Source of the DNA: Girardia tigrina
Lineage: Eukaryota
Length of the DNA stretch: 64,000 nt
Reading direction: 5' to 3'
Assembly (NCBI GenBank): GCA_001938485.1
Contig: MQRK01230377.1
Coordinates: 1 to 64,000, forward strand
Position numbers and translations under genes: made by a program. Positions 23,945 through 37,700 of the stretch are shown one piece after another. The notes beneath the pieces are model-generated. The model made no database searches, was not told the origin of the DNA, and saw only the letters and a program-made list of their open reading frames with translations. The first letter of the stretch is position 1. Every line of letters starts with the position of its first letter.

Positions 23945-24591
23945 ATGGATAGAAAATATAAAAGCAAAGAACAACAAAGAGAACTGCTGCTGGAGTTGCA
24001 GAAATGGAAAGGCGAATGTGACAAACTGAACGACGAATTGACGAAGAGGACAACCGAATTTGAAGACTACAGAAAGAATTCCGTTCCTCTATCAATTCAC
24101 AAACCGGTCGTGGACAAATATTTGCTAGGACAACAAAAAATAAAGTCCTTACAAAACGAGGTCACCGAGATAAGAATTCAGCAAAATATGTCAGCTACTA
24201 CAAGAAGGTGATCGAAAAGGTTTCAGAAGAGCAACCGGAAATAATTATAGAAACAGAAAACAAGATTGGATTAAATACAGAAAAGAAGCCTCTGGTGACG
24301 AACCCGAACATTTATGGGTCAATTATGAAAGAGGATATGGCATCATCTTCCTCTGGGGTGCTCAGCCGATCCCAGAAGCGGCGAGAGCAGAGGAAGCGAA
24401 AGGCTCAAATGTTTCAACAGGCCAAGAATGAGCTACAAGCTGTTTTTAAAATCAGTCGTATTGAGGTTGACGTCCAAGATGGAAAGACGGTAATCAGAAA
24501 TGACACCAGTCAAAGAGAGTCTCCTGATTTTGATACCTCGCATCAAATTTCGCTACTTTTTCCAACAAATAATTTTCAAGAGACTGAATAA
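23945..24591 (+). other. Orphan coiled-coil/basic ORF pair (one frameshift), probably TE-derived
   Basis: Overlapping 88 aa and 127 aa ORFs with a heptad-like N-terminus and basic SRSQKRREQRKRK; no recognised domain. Confidence 0.35.
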
Positions 24592-25049
24592 TAATAATAA
24601 TTCAGTGAATTCACTTTTGAAAATAAATAGATTAAGAAATAATGATAATTGTAATACAAATTGTATTAATACTAACAACAACTAGAAACAGAAAGCATAA
24701 AAAAGAAGATTGATATTTTCATCACTATACAAATAAAAGGAAGAAGGATGGAAGAGATTTTTAAATAAATTAGTTGATTTAAATTGTTCGTGAAATAATG
24801 ATCAATATTTCCCTTGAAGGCAGAGCTTTTTAAATGTGTGATTAATTATGGCTGCAATAAATCGGATTTGAAGAGGATGATGATAAGAAAATAATTAGGA
24901 TAATTTGAGGTTGAATAAAATTGGTATTTGCAGAAGTCTTTCTTTGGATTGTATAGTAAAAATACCTGATCGTTGATTTGGTTTTATTTTTTTACTTCGT
25001 TCGTTTTCTTTTGATGTGATTGATTGTTCCAGGATGAAATATTTATCTT

Positions 25050-27770
25050 AATGAATTAGATCATTTTATTTGAATTGTATATTTTCAATGGATATTTGGT
25101 CTTAAAAGAGCTTCCATCGACAGACTTTGGTCAGTGAATTTTGGATGTCTCTATATTTGAGAAAGAGTGAAACAAGATCAATATGAAAAAATTCTACCAT
25201 TTTTGAGATTCAACGATACTTCTTCTAAAAGACAAAGAGTGGAAGATGAAAATTTCTTCCATTCTGTGAAGTGTTGAACATGTTTGAATATAACTGGCTC
25301 ATGTCTACACTCCTTATCTGTTTTTAGCAGTCAAAGAACAATTACTTCCGCTGAAAAACTGATATGGTTTTATTCAATTCATGTCTAAGAATCCAGATAG
25401 GTTAGGTATCAAGTGTTGGGTATGCTATGAAGCCCAAACAAAATTCTGTGTAAATATGTTTTCATGACGTGCGTATGACGTAAGTAAAAGACAAAGAGAA
25501 CGTTTGGGTGATCTGCTGGAACAAAAAAAACTCTCGTCGGAACCATGAGACAAAATATACGTTATTTATCATCCATTCACTTTGAGAAGAAATCTTTTTA
25601 TAAATTTACTTTTCTCACTAACATTTGAGGTGTGCTAACAGTTTCTTATCAATGTAAGAAAACTAAAAATGTTATTTTTTATCTACTTACCATAAAACAG
25701 CTACTGTAGACGTCAGTCGGAAAATGAAACCGAAAATTAGTCAATTTTAAAATCAAAACAAAGGAGGAGTTGATACAATGGACAGTATGCTGCGCGGCAA
25801 AGAGGTGATGGCCAATGGCGGCTTTTTATAAACTTTTATAATAACCTTTTTATAACGCTCATGTTTTGTTCAAAGAAGTCACAGGTTCGCGCATTTCCAT
25901 ATGGACTTCATTTTCCAGCTTTTAGTCTCACTTTCCCATGATGAATCAAACAAAAGTCAGCAACAGAATGCCAGTGCTAAAAAAGCACAAAACATGTTCA
26001 GCCTTCCAATTTGAAAATAAGACTTCTACTATTTGTTCCAAGTGTGCTGTGACATAATTGTGACTTGTTTAAATTTTATTTCGCGTGAATAACTGCAGAT
26101 TATGTTTTAGAAAATAAGCATTTGATTTTCGGATTGGATTCATGGATCACCAGTCAAAATGACCGGTTCCGCTTTTGATGGGTGTACTCAAAAATTTAAC
26201 CCGATCCCTATAGTTTAGAACAGTGCTGCCCAACCAGGCGATCGCGATCTACGAGTCGAACGCGACACGACTTTGAGTCGATCTTCTACTACAGACTGAA
26301 AATGAAAAAAAATGTTTGTAAAAAAAATTTGTAAAAAAATTTTTTTTTGTAAACACAAATATTAAAAAAAAATTAAAACAACGCTCTGTCCTGACTGATT
26401 CCATACTCATTATTATTATCTTTGACAGGATATACGCCTAATTAGGATTCTTTGGTTAGAGACATGTAAACACAATCTTCTTCTTAATATTTAAAAATAA
26501 ATTCTTAGTCTGTCTTTTTTTTGTAGCTAATTTGAATAATCAAATATTGTTAATTACTCATATTGTTTAAAATTTATCTTCAAAATGTGGAAACACGGAA
26601 TTTTTGCAGTAGTGTATCTTGTATTATAAAATAATGTAAAAACATAGTATGTATTTCTAACTTCCCAATCTCCCCTTAAGCTACAACTATGACAACAAGT
26701 CCATCGCGACACATTTTTAAGAAAAAAAGTCGATCTTACGTACGCAAAAGTTGGCCACCACTGGTTTAGAAGGTTGATTTTAAGAAGGACTGTATATCCG
26801 CATAAATAAATAATTATCATAAAATAGTAGTATTGGGTTCTTGATCAAAAGACATTATCATGAACACAAAAATTTATTTCTATAACAATTTGAATTTTTT
26901 AAACAAATATTTTTGAGGAACTTTTGCACTTTCTTTTTACACAACCATTATAAATAAAAATAGATATAAATAAAAATATGGTTAGTATATTTTTTACAAA
27001 TTAAAATTCTTTTTTTTTCAAAAAAATTATAGTGAATTAAAATTTTGTCACAAAGATTTTGTTGCGTCTTTTATTAATTTTTCAATTTTATGATACATTT
27101 AAATTTACCTGTTTCTCAATTATATTTTCCAAAATAAAATTAAAATCGCATTTTTCATTTAAGTCGATTTAATGGTTTTACAATTATTTTGTTAATTCCA
27201 ATTACCATTTCCAAATAAAATTAAAATTACGTTTTTCAAAATAAAATTAAAATCGTATTTTTCAATTAATTCGATTTAATTGTTTTACGATTATTATTTT
27301 TTTAATTCCAATTACCATTTCCCAAAAGAAAATTATAATTACATTTTTAATTTACTTTGATTTAAAAGTTACAAAAATAGTTTAGTTTACTTTTATTTCG
27401 CAAATAAAATATCAAACTTTAAATTACTTTTTATTTTATTTCAATTAAATATTTTCATCAAATTTGAAATTAACTTTTTTTACTTTATAATAAATAATTA
27501 CATAAATCTTTTAATAACCCTATCGTAAAATTTATTTTATTTCTGACTTAAATTAATTTTTTACATTAAATTTCTGAAAATCTTATTTTAACATATTTAT
27601 AACAATATTTTACGGAATGTAATTGTTTATTTAATAATTTCATAAGATTCAAAAATTTTATATTTTATGAACGCTCCCAACAAGCCGCTTTAAACTACTC
27701 ACGGTTTTCAAAATGACACAAATGTATAGCATACCGGTCACAATGACCGGGCTCACTGTTCTAGAGGTAA
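25050..27770 (+). mobile_element. Highly degenerate piggyBac remnant (interrupted)
   Basis: FIQFMSKNPDRLGIKCW (~25370), TKGGVDTMDSML...WPMAAF (~25757), Cys-rich tail, and a subterminal palindrome ccggtcacaatgaccgg followed by an ...agagg terminus (~27735-27768). Confidence 0.65.
26221..26763. mobile_element. Non-autonomous hAT (Charlie-like) element
   Basis: CAGTG...CACTG imperfect TIRs with an exact 8-bp TSD GTTTAGAA. Confidence 0.9.
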
Positions 27771-27837
27771 AAAATATTTTCAAATTTTAAATATTTTTGA
27801 ATAAAAGTGAAATTTTCAAATATGAAAATTTAGCTTT

Positions 27838-27866
27838 CCCGTCATACATGACGGGTCCTTTTCTAG
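27838..27866 (+). mobile_element. Helitron 3' terminus
   Basis: Hairpin cccgtca-taca-tgacggg followed by CTAG|T. Confidence 0.7.
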
Positions 27867-28034
27867 TATATAAAAAAGGCAAAACGTTACCACTGGTTCT
27901 AACAGATGTCGAAAATCGCGATCTGCTACCAATGTCTTTTTGATTTTTTTTCTCTCCCAGATTTTTGACATTGTATTTTTTTAATATACAAAATGATTTT
28001 CGTTCCTAGGCCAATCGGTTCGCTGCTTTCTGCT

Positions 28035-29002
28035 TTATGGATTTGCTACTGGTGACAAAATAAAAATAGCGAACTTTTTATCATGTTCAAACATTCTCGT
28101 TTGTATTTCTTCAATCTCATCAGTTTTCGTGATACCTTGAATGGCTATTTGTTTTTGTACGTCATCATCATCTATCAAATTAGCGCATACTAAATTCGAT
28201 AGTTCTTTTTTATCTAAATCTTTCTCTACCAATGTTTCTATTAGTTGTTCTGCTTTCTTAAATATTAATTTTGGATCGCTAGAGCAAATTCTCAAATATA
28301 ACATTTCTTTCATTAAATCTAGTATGTATTTTTTCTTGGAGAAAGCTGCTTTTAATTTCTCTTCACATGTTTCACTGGGTGCTGTTTCATACTTTATTAT
28401 TGCATCTGGAGTCATGTATGGCGTTACTAAAAGGATTTTCCTTTCCTCTGAAAATCCCATTATCTTCGAATACCTGTTGAAGTTCTTTATAAATGCTTCC
28501 ACTTTTGTCTCAAATCCGTCGAATGTCTCAGGACTTTTGATGTTCGAAGTCGCGCGTCGTGTGTCGCCATATTAAGAACACCAATATGACTTTTAACAAT
28601 TTTATTATTTCAACAAGTTTGATTGTTCTCAGGGCAATATTTATTAAAGCTTTACTACGAATTAACCCTACGAATTAATGACTTTAATCTTATTATTTAA
28701 GCAAATGGAGAATTAAATAAATTGTTAAAAAATTTACTCAAAATTTTATTGATTAAAAATTAAAATGATTATTAATTATTTAAAAAATATTAATTCAATT
28801 TATTTATTTAAAAATCGTAAACAAAATTAAAAACTTATTTAAAATTTACAATTATTTAAATTAGAAATAAATATAAACATTACATATTTTCATATAATAA
28901 GAATTCAAATACTAATCATCCATCTGGGTAGGAGAGACACAGTTCCAAATCAACATACAACATTCAAACACAAAATATCAAACATTCAAAATATTCCTCT
29001 CA
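28035..29002 (-). mobile_element. 5' LTR (TG...TA family) + PBS + gag, 3'-truncated LTR retrotransposon
   Basis: LTR 28570-29002 (TGAGAGGAATAT...GTTCTTAATA) is followed directly by TGGCGAC; gag-like PETFDGFETKVEAFIKNF. Confidence 0.8.
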
Positions 29003-31038
29003 ACAATAAAATTAAATTTATTATGAAATGGAGCACAAACTTCTACAGTAAATTTTGATTTAGTTTGTAAAGACATTTTTCACAAGAAAAATGCAAAAAT
29101 ATCACTCTTTAATTATCATTTTGGTAAACACATTACTAACTATTCATTATTCAATGTTGCTTTTGTCATTTCATTAGCTTCTAACATTTGTATACTATGT
29201 CGTTCTGAATAAACAAAATTTTAAAAATTGTTTTCCTATTCACAATTGTTTACTAATGGCCTTACACCAACGTCAGTCAAATATACACATAGAAAGAAGA
29301 GCATCTCTTGAGTCGCAATTGAGCCAATTATGCATGTAACGGACCTGGTTACTTTATGGTAGTTTAAGAATTTGATAGGTTATCTAAATTTTCTGAATTA
29401 GAATTGGTGTTAGTGGAAAATCATCGATATTTTATTATGTCTCAATCAAGTCTGCAACTTTAAATAATAATAGATTCTGTAAATTTATCGCATATACAAT
29501 TAATTACTTAATACAATTATTCTCCACATTAGAAATGCAAACATTCTATTACTTTACTATTACATAAATGAAGTTTGTTTTTAATAAAAACCTATTCGCA
29601 GTTTTTGTAATTCTATTGATTTTATAGTTCAGTTTTGATGCATCTAGTACCTACACCATATCAATAAATTTCAATTACGATACGAAAGAATAATAAATTA
29701 TTTGAACTAAAAATTGTACGAATGAAATTTACAATTTTTATTATATAAGCAATGATAGATTATTATTTAGATCGACATGATGTTGAATAAAAAACAATTC
29801 ATTGACAGAACACTATTATAATTCATAATTATTTAAACCCCTGAGTACAAGAAAATCTGTTAACTGCACTTTCAGAAACAATCTTTACTAAAACAAAACT
29901 AAAAGGAGTAATCTAAAAGACAGACAGACATTGTCAAAGCTTATTTGTAATATATATTACAATTTATAGACATATTGTACTAATCATATGTAAAAAAACA
30001 AAATCCATTCAAAGGAAAAAAAATTGAACACGAGAAAATCGCAAATCCATAACAAACAAAACTCAACATTACCAGCAGATATGAAACACCAAAAAACAAT
30101 CATCTTCAACACAATAAAATGATTTACTGATCGTTATTAGATTTCATTGTAACAAAAATTGCTGCTGAATGAAAGCAGTAAACAGTTTTGTCAATTTTTA
30201 TAAATTCAATGAAAACAAATAGCAACACCAGCAGCCCAGTGAATGAGAACCAAACCCAGTTGACACTGGGATCTCAAGTCAAAGATGCTATTTGTCAGTC
30301 AAAATGGCATTTAAATTGTTAGAAATAGTTTTGAATTTGCTTTCAGAATGCTTTTTAAACGAAATGAACAAACAAAATAACTAGAAATATTTCAAGTACA
30401 AATGAAACTGCTGTAAGACATTAAACGTATAATTATTAAACTTCATTCAAAAAAATTAAATTCTTTTCTTCATTCATTTAAAAGATATAATTAATTATTT
30501 AAAAAATCATATAACTTTAATAAATTATTATATTTACAAACACCCTTTACGGGTCTAAAAAAATAACGTTTCCATTTCAGATATCATTGTTGACAATTTG
30601 GTGTAACAAGTATAAATATTGTCGATAATACAAATAAATACTACAATTATGAGAATCAGAAATTACAAATTTGAAAATTACAAAAGAAATAATAATAATT
30701 AATATAATAAGTCAAACTACAAATAAATGAACCAGAAAATTGCAATTTCGAGTTTTAATATATAATATCCATTATCATACAAAAAAACGATTTCTTATCT
30801 CAACCAAATAAAGGCTTTTACACAGTAATTTATACAATACGAGATGAAGAAGACATGAAATCAATATCACACCATACTCGGTTTGTACTTCTTTTCCGAT
30901 TAGAAGAATAGCAAAACAAAAACCAACACATTGTTTAGAACCACTATATTTCTATGTTCATACAAAAATGCAATTATTGATGAAATCTCATTTCACCATT
31001 TATTAATAATAAATAATAATTATTGTTATTATTTGAAA

Positions 31039-31069
<31 letters not shown>

Positions 31070-31672
31070 TTGAATCAGTAAATAATTGATGCTTCAACCA
31101 AAGATATACGATATTGTATATACAGGATTTACAAATTCCCAAACGAGCCGCCAACACTCACTCGGTCACAAGATCACACGATCAACAGTCACAGTGACAG
31201 TCACAAAATAATTGGTGTGAAATACATTCTCCTTCAAATAGAAACTAAGTAGACATTTACACAAACACACGAACAACACTCAAATATACAGAGACATACG
31301 GATGCCGAGAGAGACACACGTTCACAGACTGCCTGTGTGAGTGTGTGTCTCTGTATGTCTGTCTAATATAATAAATGGATATGATTGAAAGACTCAGGTT
31401 TGAATAGTGAACCTGATATGCCACCAAATCAGCGCATCGGTTATTGATCAATATAATTAATATTTTGTAATTGTAAATTGTCATCATTGTTTCAATTGCA
31501 ATTGTGTCGTGTTTCTTGTGTGGAAGTTGTTGTTGTGACGATGGTGATGATTGTGGTTTTATTGAAAATAGTAATTGCGGTGAGACGAAGATTAAAAAAC
31601 GATATTGATGACGAAAATCTGTAGAAACACCGAATCTGACGACGTTAATTTTTGAATAGTGAAAAGTAAATG

Positions 31673-34600
31673 TCATTCATCATCACTGTCCGAGTCTGAA
31701 TCGGATGAATCGGATTTGGATGATGAGGATTCCGATGAGTTGGAACTTGATTCACTGGCTGCTCCCGCGTCTCCTGAGCAGTAAATTGTCTTATTAACAT
31801 TTGAACAAAAAAATCCTAGTTGACATTTATAGCCATAACCATTTCTTGATTAAAAAGTGAACGACATTTTCAAAATTTATTGTAATCAATTTCAGCGGAT
31901 TACGCAATGCCATCTTCAGGCTAAATTAACATTAGTTTTTGCAACTTATATGAAAATAATGGATTGTGTAATCGGTTATGTAATAAATGATCTATTGGGT
32001 GTACAACTAATTAATTTCGTATTTTTTTGTTAAAAAATACCATTTATTTAAGTATAAAAGTGAAAAAAATACGAAATTAATTAGTTGTACACCTAATATT
32101 TGAAAAATTAATAATACGAAAATCTAATAAATTTTCAATTATAACAGACTCTATTTTTGACCAAAAATTTTCATCGAAAGTTTAGAAACTAATGTCTGAA
32201 GATGTCGAGTTATCCGCCGAAATTAAATACAATAAATTTTAAAAAATGGTGTTCGGTTTTTCATCAAGATTATAAATTGCGATTGCTTTTTTTACATTCC
32301 TTAATTACCATTTCTAGTTAATTTATTTCATGATTTATCTTTAAATCTGTATTAATGCCACGAAAAATACTTATTGAATAAGTATCATTGACAAGGTGTA
32401 TTAGATTTATTGCAATTCTTTCTAAAATAAACCTTTTATTGTACGTACTTTAACTATTCGACATCTTTTATAACCAAAAAAAACTTAATTGCTAAATAAC
32501 AGATTAATTTGTGGTTATTTTAAATATCATAATAATTTAATCAATTAGAAACATGTTAAAAAAAGTATCTAAAAAATATCATAAATTAAAAAATACAGAA
32601 AATAAAACATCATATTAAAAATCTTTTATTGTATAACACCTTCGATCTAAAAGCTTACCTTATTGTTTGACGAAACGGCAATTAACGTTTTAAGAAAAGA
32701 TTATAAAGACATGATAAACAGTTATTACTGATTATTTGAATAAAGAATAGCATGGAGAGTTTGTCCGCGAATGTATTAATAATTCTTTTTTTTCTTCTGC
32801 AAAATACAACTAAGTGTCACTAAGTGAATCATGACTTAAAATCTGTGTTTTGTAGCCATCCTCATATTTCGCGTGTCTGCGAATGTGTTAAATACAGGCT
32901 TCACTAAAGAGCATCTTCAGTTGTTAGTAAATTAAAAATTACAGAAATATAGCAGATCGACTGATGCAATACATCAAAATTTAAAAAAATGTGTTAACGT
33001 ACCGTGTCTCCCTATTACAAGCCACTTATGCTTTTTTCTTCCATTTTGTAAAAAATAATACAAACCACTACCTTACTAGTCACTAAAGAATATATTGTAA
33101 AAAATTCAAAGTATTAAAAAAACAGGCTCTTTTACTCATTTACATGAATTTTTAAATTTTTTTGAAGTGGTGGAACATTTTCAAAAAAAATGTAATAATA
33201 ATTAATTTTTTTCAAAATATCGTGGCTATTTTAAATGACATATTCATTACTCTTCTTAAAAAAAATACAAAAAAAATTGCTTAAATATTGTTATTTTTTA
33301 AAAAGCAAAATATGACACCCAGTCCAGGGAAAAACTATACTATTGAGTTTAAAGTTAAAATTCTAGAAGAACTTCATTCTTCTAACCAATCGATGGCTGC
33401 GTTTTGTCGTGGAAAAATGCTTGATTTACGAATGGTAAAACGTTGTAACTCCAATGAAATTAAATATAGATTCAACAATGCAAGGAAGAACATCTAGAAT
33501 CGAAGATGGCGGGAGAAAAGTCCTCCTTCCTATGTTTTAAGATATACTTGAGTGGATAAATAAGCCATTCAGTGATTATTTAAGAGAAGATATAAACAAC
33601 TACATTGAATATATAAGAAACGCCCGAGGAAATCATACCAAACCTACAATCGATGAAGTTACAGGATGGATTACTAAAGCATGGACCATGATCACCCCGG
33701 AGATAATACAAAATGGTCTTCTTGCATCATATTTAGTGTCTGGTCAAAGCTTTTCAGAAACTTTAATTTATAAACATCAAATTTATAGTGAGAAAATTAA
33801 AAATACTTTGGAAAAAACAACAGAACAAGTCCGTGAATAGGAGAGATTTGGCGAGGATGTTGACTTACATGATGAAACTGTTGTTTTTAAATATTTTTTT
33901 TATTTATCGTTAGACTTATTTGTTGAAGTTATAATATATTATATTTATTATGCTTATTGTTGATATGTTAAAGTGATGTATTATATATAATTCTAATATG
34001 CGAAATTTTATTTAAATTTTTTATATTTTTTTAATAAAAATTATTACATGACACTAACTCATTACAAGCCACCATTGCTTTTTTGTCAAAAATTTAATGC
34101 AAGCCATGGCTTATAATAGGGAGAACATAGTATAATTGGACAAATAATAAAACGAAAAGCAACTATAAATTTTAAATTACCTTTAAAAAGTGTGACTTAG
34201 AAAAAAGTTTACTAAAGAGGATTCCCTTATGTTTTAATTTGCGGGTAATTTGAAAAATTAATAAGTAATAGAGATATTTCTCAAATAAATCTAAACTCAT
34301 TTGGTGTTCAAGCTAACCTTGTATATTAATTTAGTTATCAAGTGTCAATCCGGGTGCATTGGAGAAACAAATCGTGATCTTCACATTAGAATAGCTGAAC
34401 ATACTCATTCGATGAGAAATTGCTCGGTACTTGATCACTTTAGAAAATTCGAAAATATTATGAAACATGAATTCTCAATATTAAGCAGTAACTTTGATAT
34501 AAGTGGTACACCTAATTTAAATAATCAAGTAATTAGTCTAGGTCTAAATCGCCAATTTCCGAGTATATAAGCATTATGGTACCACGTCCAAAATTATTAA

Positions 34601-34759
34601 GACACTTTAAAGTGTAACATTCAAGTTATCATTTAATACTTTTTGATACATGATTAAATTTCTCAAAGTTCATTGTCAGTAATGATGAAAAATATATTGA
34701 GAAAATCTAAAAAATATATATTTAATAATGAACTATATCTTACTTTCAAATTAAAGTAA

Positions 34760-34796
<37 letters not shown>

Positions 34797-37700
34797 ACAT
34801 TACACAGCTCTTATAAACAGATCGCAGCTCTTATAAACAGATCAATTTATCGAAAGACGAAATAGATAGAAAATTAGGTGATTTCGGGAGCACAAATTAC
34901 TAGATAGTATAAGAATCTCACTCAATAATATTACTAAATGCAAATATTTTCAGATCTTAAGATGCATTTCTTAGAAAAGCAGAAAACAAAAAAGTAACAA
35001 ACAAAAGATTGATGATTGTAAATTATATTTCAAATATATTTGCAGTTCTACCACGTGCGATCAATCGATCTTCATCGCCAAAAGTCATCTATATTTCAAC
35101 GATTGCATCCCTGAATATTGAGTAAATTATACTAATTTTAATGGCATTAATTATTATTAATTCAAAAAACAAATAAACTCTAGTTGTTGGAAAGAAATAT
35201 GTAAATGAGAAATAGAAGTTGGTTTATTGAGGTATAAATTCTTCAGAGAGCGTTTAGTACTGACAATCATTGTACAATACGAAAGCTAGAGCGAATTACA
35301 GATATATACCATTATATTGGTTTCAAAAATTTGGATTGGTATTAATTGACATTAATGAAATTTTTGAAATGTTAGGGATTTTCAATCTATGAAACAGTGG
35401 AAACTACATGTAGTAATTCCATAAAATCAATTTATTTAAATATTTATAAAAATATTCTGTAATAATGAAAACCCTATATATTTATTTATAATTAATTATT
35501 TTAGATAAAAATCAATAAAGAATAATGCTACTTGTTAAAAGTAAATCTTACAATATTGACTGACAAACGATTGTTTTAATAATACAAGTAATTTTTTTCG
35601 GGAATTTTAAATTTTACTTTTAAATGAATAATACCCATCATTTATTGGGGAATAATATCGATGCGTCTCACATTGCCCCGGCAAAGATCACGAGGACGAC
35701 TTAGACGATGATTTCAAAAAATAAAATTAGATCGAATCTCGACGACGTTATCGAATCGATAATTCAAGATGCTCTGGATTATGCAGACGCGCCTCAAGAC
35801 AAGTGTATTTTGTCGTCGCTCCTCAATAAATCGGTAATGGGCGCGAAAGACGTGTGCCTCGAGCACGTGCTCACCGAGCGCCAACGCACCCCAATCAAAC
35901 GGATCGCGGCACGTTGTAGCAAGTAGGTATGACGGTAGCCTGGACCTCAATCACCAAATAACATCCATCACCGGTGAATTTTATCTTATATATACCGGCC
36001 TTTCCCCCCTCATTTTCAGATCTTCACACTACATATAGTTAAAGTCTTCATATATTCACACTTTTAGGTAGGTTTATAAGTGTGACCATATGGAGGATCC
36101 ACTGCGAAAAATTTTCTTATATGTAATATCTTTCATTGTTTCATGTTTAAAAAAAACGAAAAATCAAATTTAACTTTTTCAATTATAAAAAAATATAAAA
36201 TTGTTTATTAATTTTAATTGATGACATTTTTTAATCTTTGATGATTTCTATCTTTTTGCATAATTTTGAACAAAGTTAAAAATTTTAATGAGTTTTTTAT
36301 AATCTTTGTTTTATAAAAAATAATGTTATTGACTTGTAATATCCGTTAGTTTCTATTGTAACGTTAATATTTCAGTAAATCTTTTGATAAAAAAATTTAA
36401 ATTAATTAAAATGCAATTTATAAATAATAAATATAGTAAATAAAGAAAAAATATCATTGATGTACACATTTAAAAAAATCCGTTTCGAATTGAACTTCAG
36501 GAACAGAGTGGTCCGTTTAAATTGTGACTAAATTTACCATAAATTCAAAAATGATATTTCTTTTCAGACTTCGCACAAATTGAAACAATTATTTTTCATA
36601 TTTCACTAAAAGTTAATACATATAATAAATACTGTTGGAAGACATATTGGCGGACAGCATTGATCATCGAAATCCACTTTACATTGTTGCGATATCAGAT
36701 CGTATGAGTGGTAGTGCAGATCATAATGGATGAAATATTGGATGGGTCTAGACACGAACTTGCAGTCGAGCTGAAAATCGTATATCTTGTAAATGATGCA
36801 AGAAGGTTGCACTGCGCTTCCAAAACTCTGATCGGTTGTGTGACTTCATAGTGGACGTCGCCGAGCCCTCTTCTTTCTTATTCACCCGAAATGGCTTCGC
36901 GATCCGGTACACGGTCACTTTTGACAGCCTGGTGGAGTTGATTATTTCAGCCGACCTGTGTCTGGTGCGAATACAAACCAAATCGTTAAAGTGGTCGTCT
37001 TGCTCAGTTAACATTGCTGAAATTGTTCATTGAAAATGATTCTGGGATATTAGACAAAGGCTACCTAAAATGTTACTTGACTTGCCCATAAATCTGACTT
37101 ATACAACTTCAAAATCTGTCTCAATTTAAACGGAACACCTGTAGTTCTATTCTTAAAATAATCATGCCAAAAAAATTTTTGGAGTACAAGCTTTTATAAT
37201 TTGTCATATGTTTGCGGTTCTGTATCTATTTCACCCACTTCCCACATTAAAAGACTTGGATTGTAGTGATTTGTAATGATTTGTTGTGTTGGGTATTACA
37301 ATTAAATTTAGTTTTAAATTTGTTTTTTTAATCTGACTCTCAAATAACCAAAAGGCTTCTTCCAACAATAATATATGAAGAATGAACAAGACCTTTTAAT
37401 AACAATTTATTCTGCAAACAACAATTGAAGCACAAATGTAAATTCAACTCTATCAACACGCTAAAATTCAAAGATCACACTTCGATCAAACAGTTACAAC
37501 AACTTCTTAGTTCGAGCGATGCTAGAATGATTTATTTAAAACTTAACTTATCCTTTATAGGATACTAATACTTTCTTAATATTACAAATTATTTAAAACT
37601 TAACTTCTCCTTTACAGGATACTAGATTATTTCTTTAGTAAAAAAAAAGATATTAACAAAACCAAATTAACTACACATATAATTCAAATTTAATTCTTCT

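Noticed and set aside
31257-31676. 139-aa ORF downstream of the BET stop
   Set aside because: Low-complexity 3' UTR sequence with no recognisable motif.
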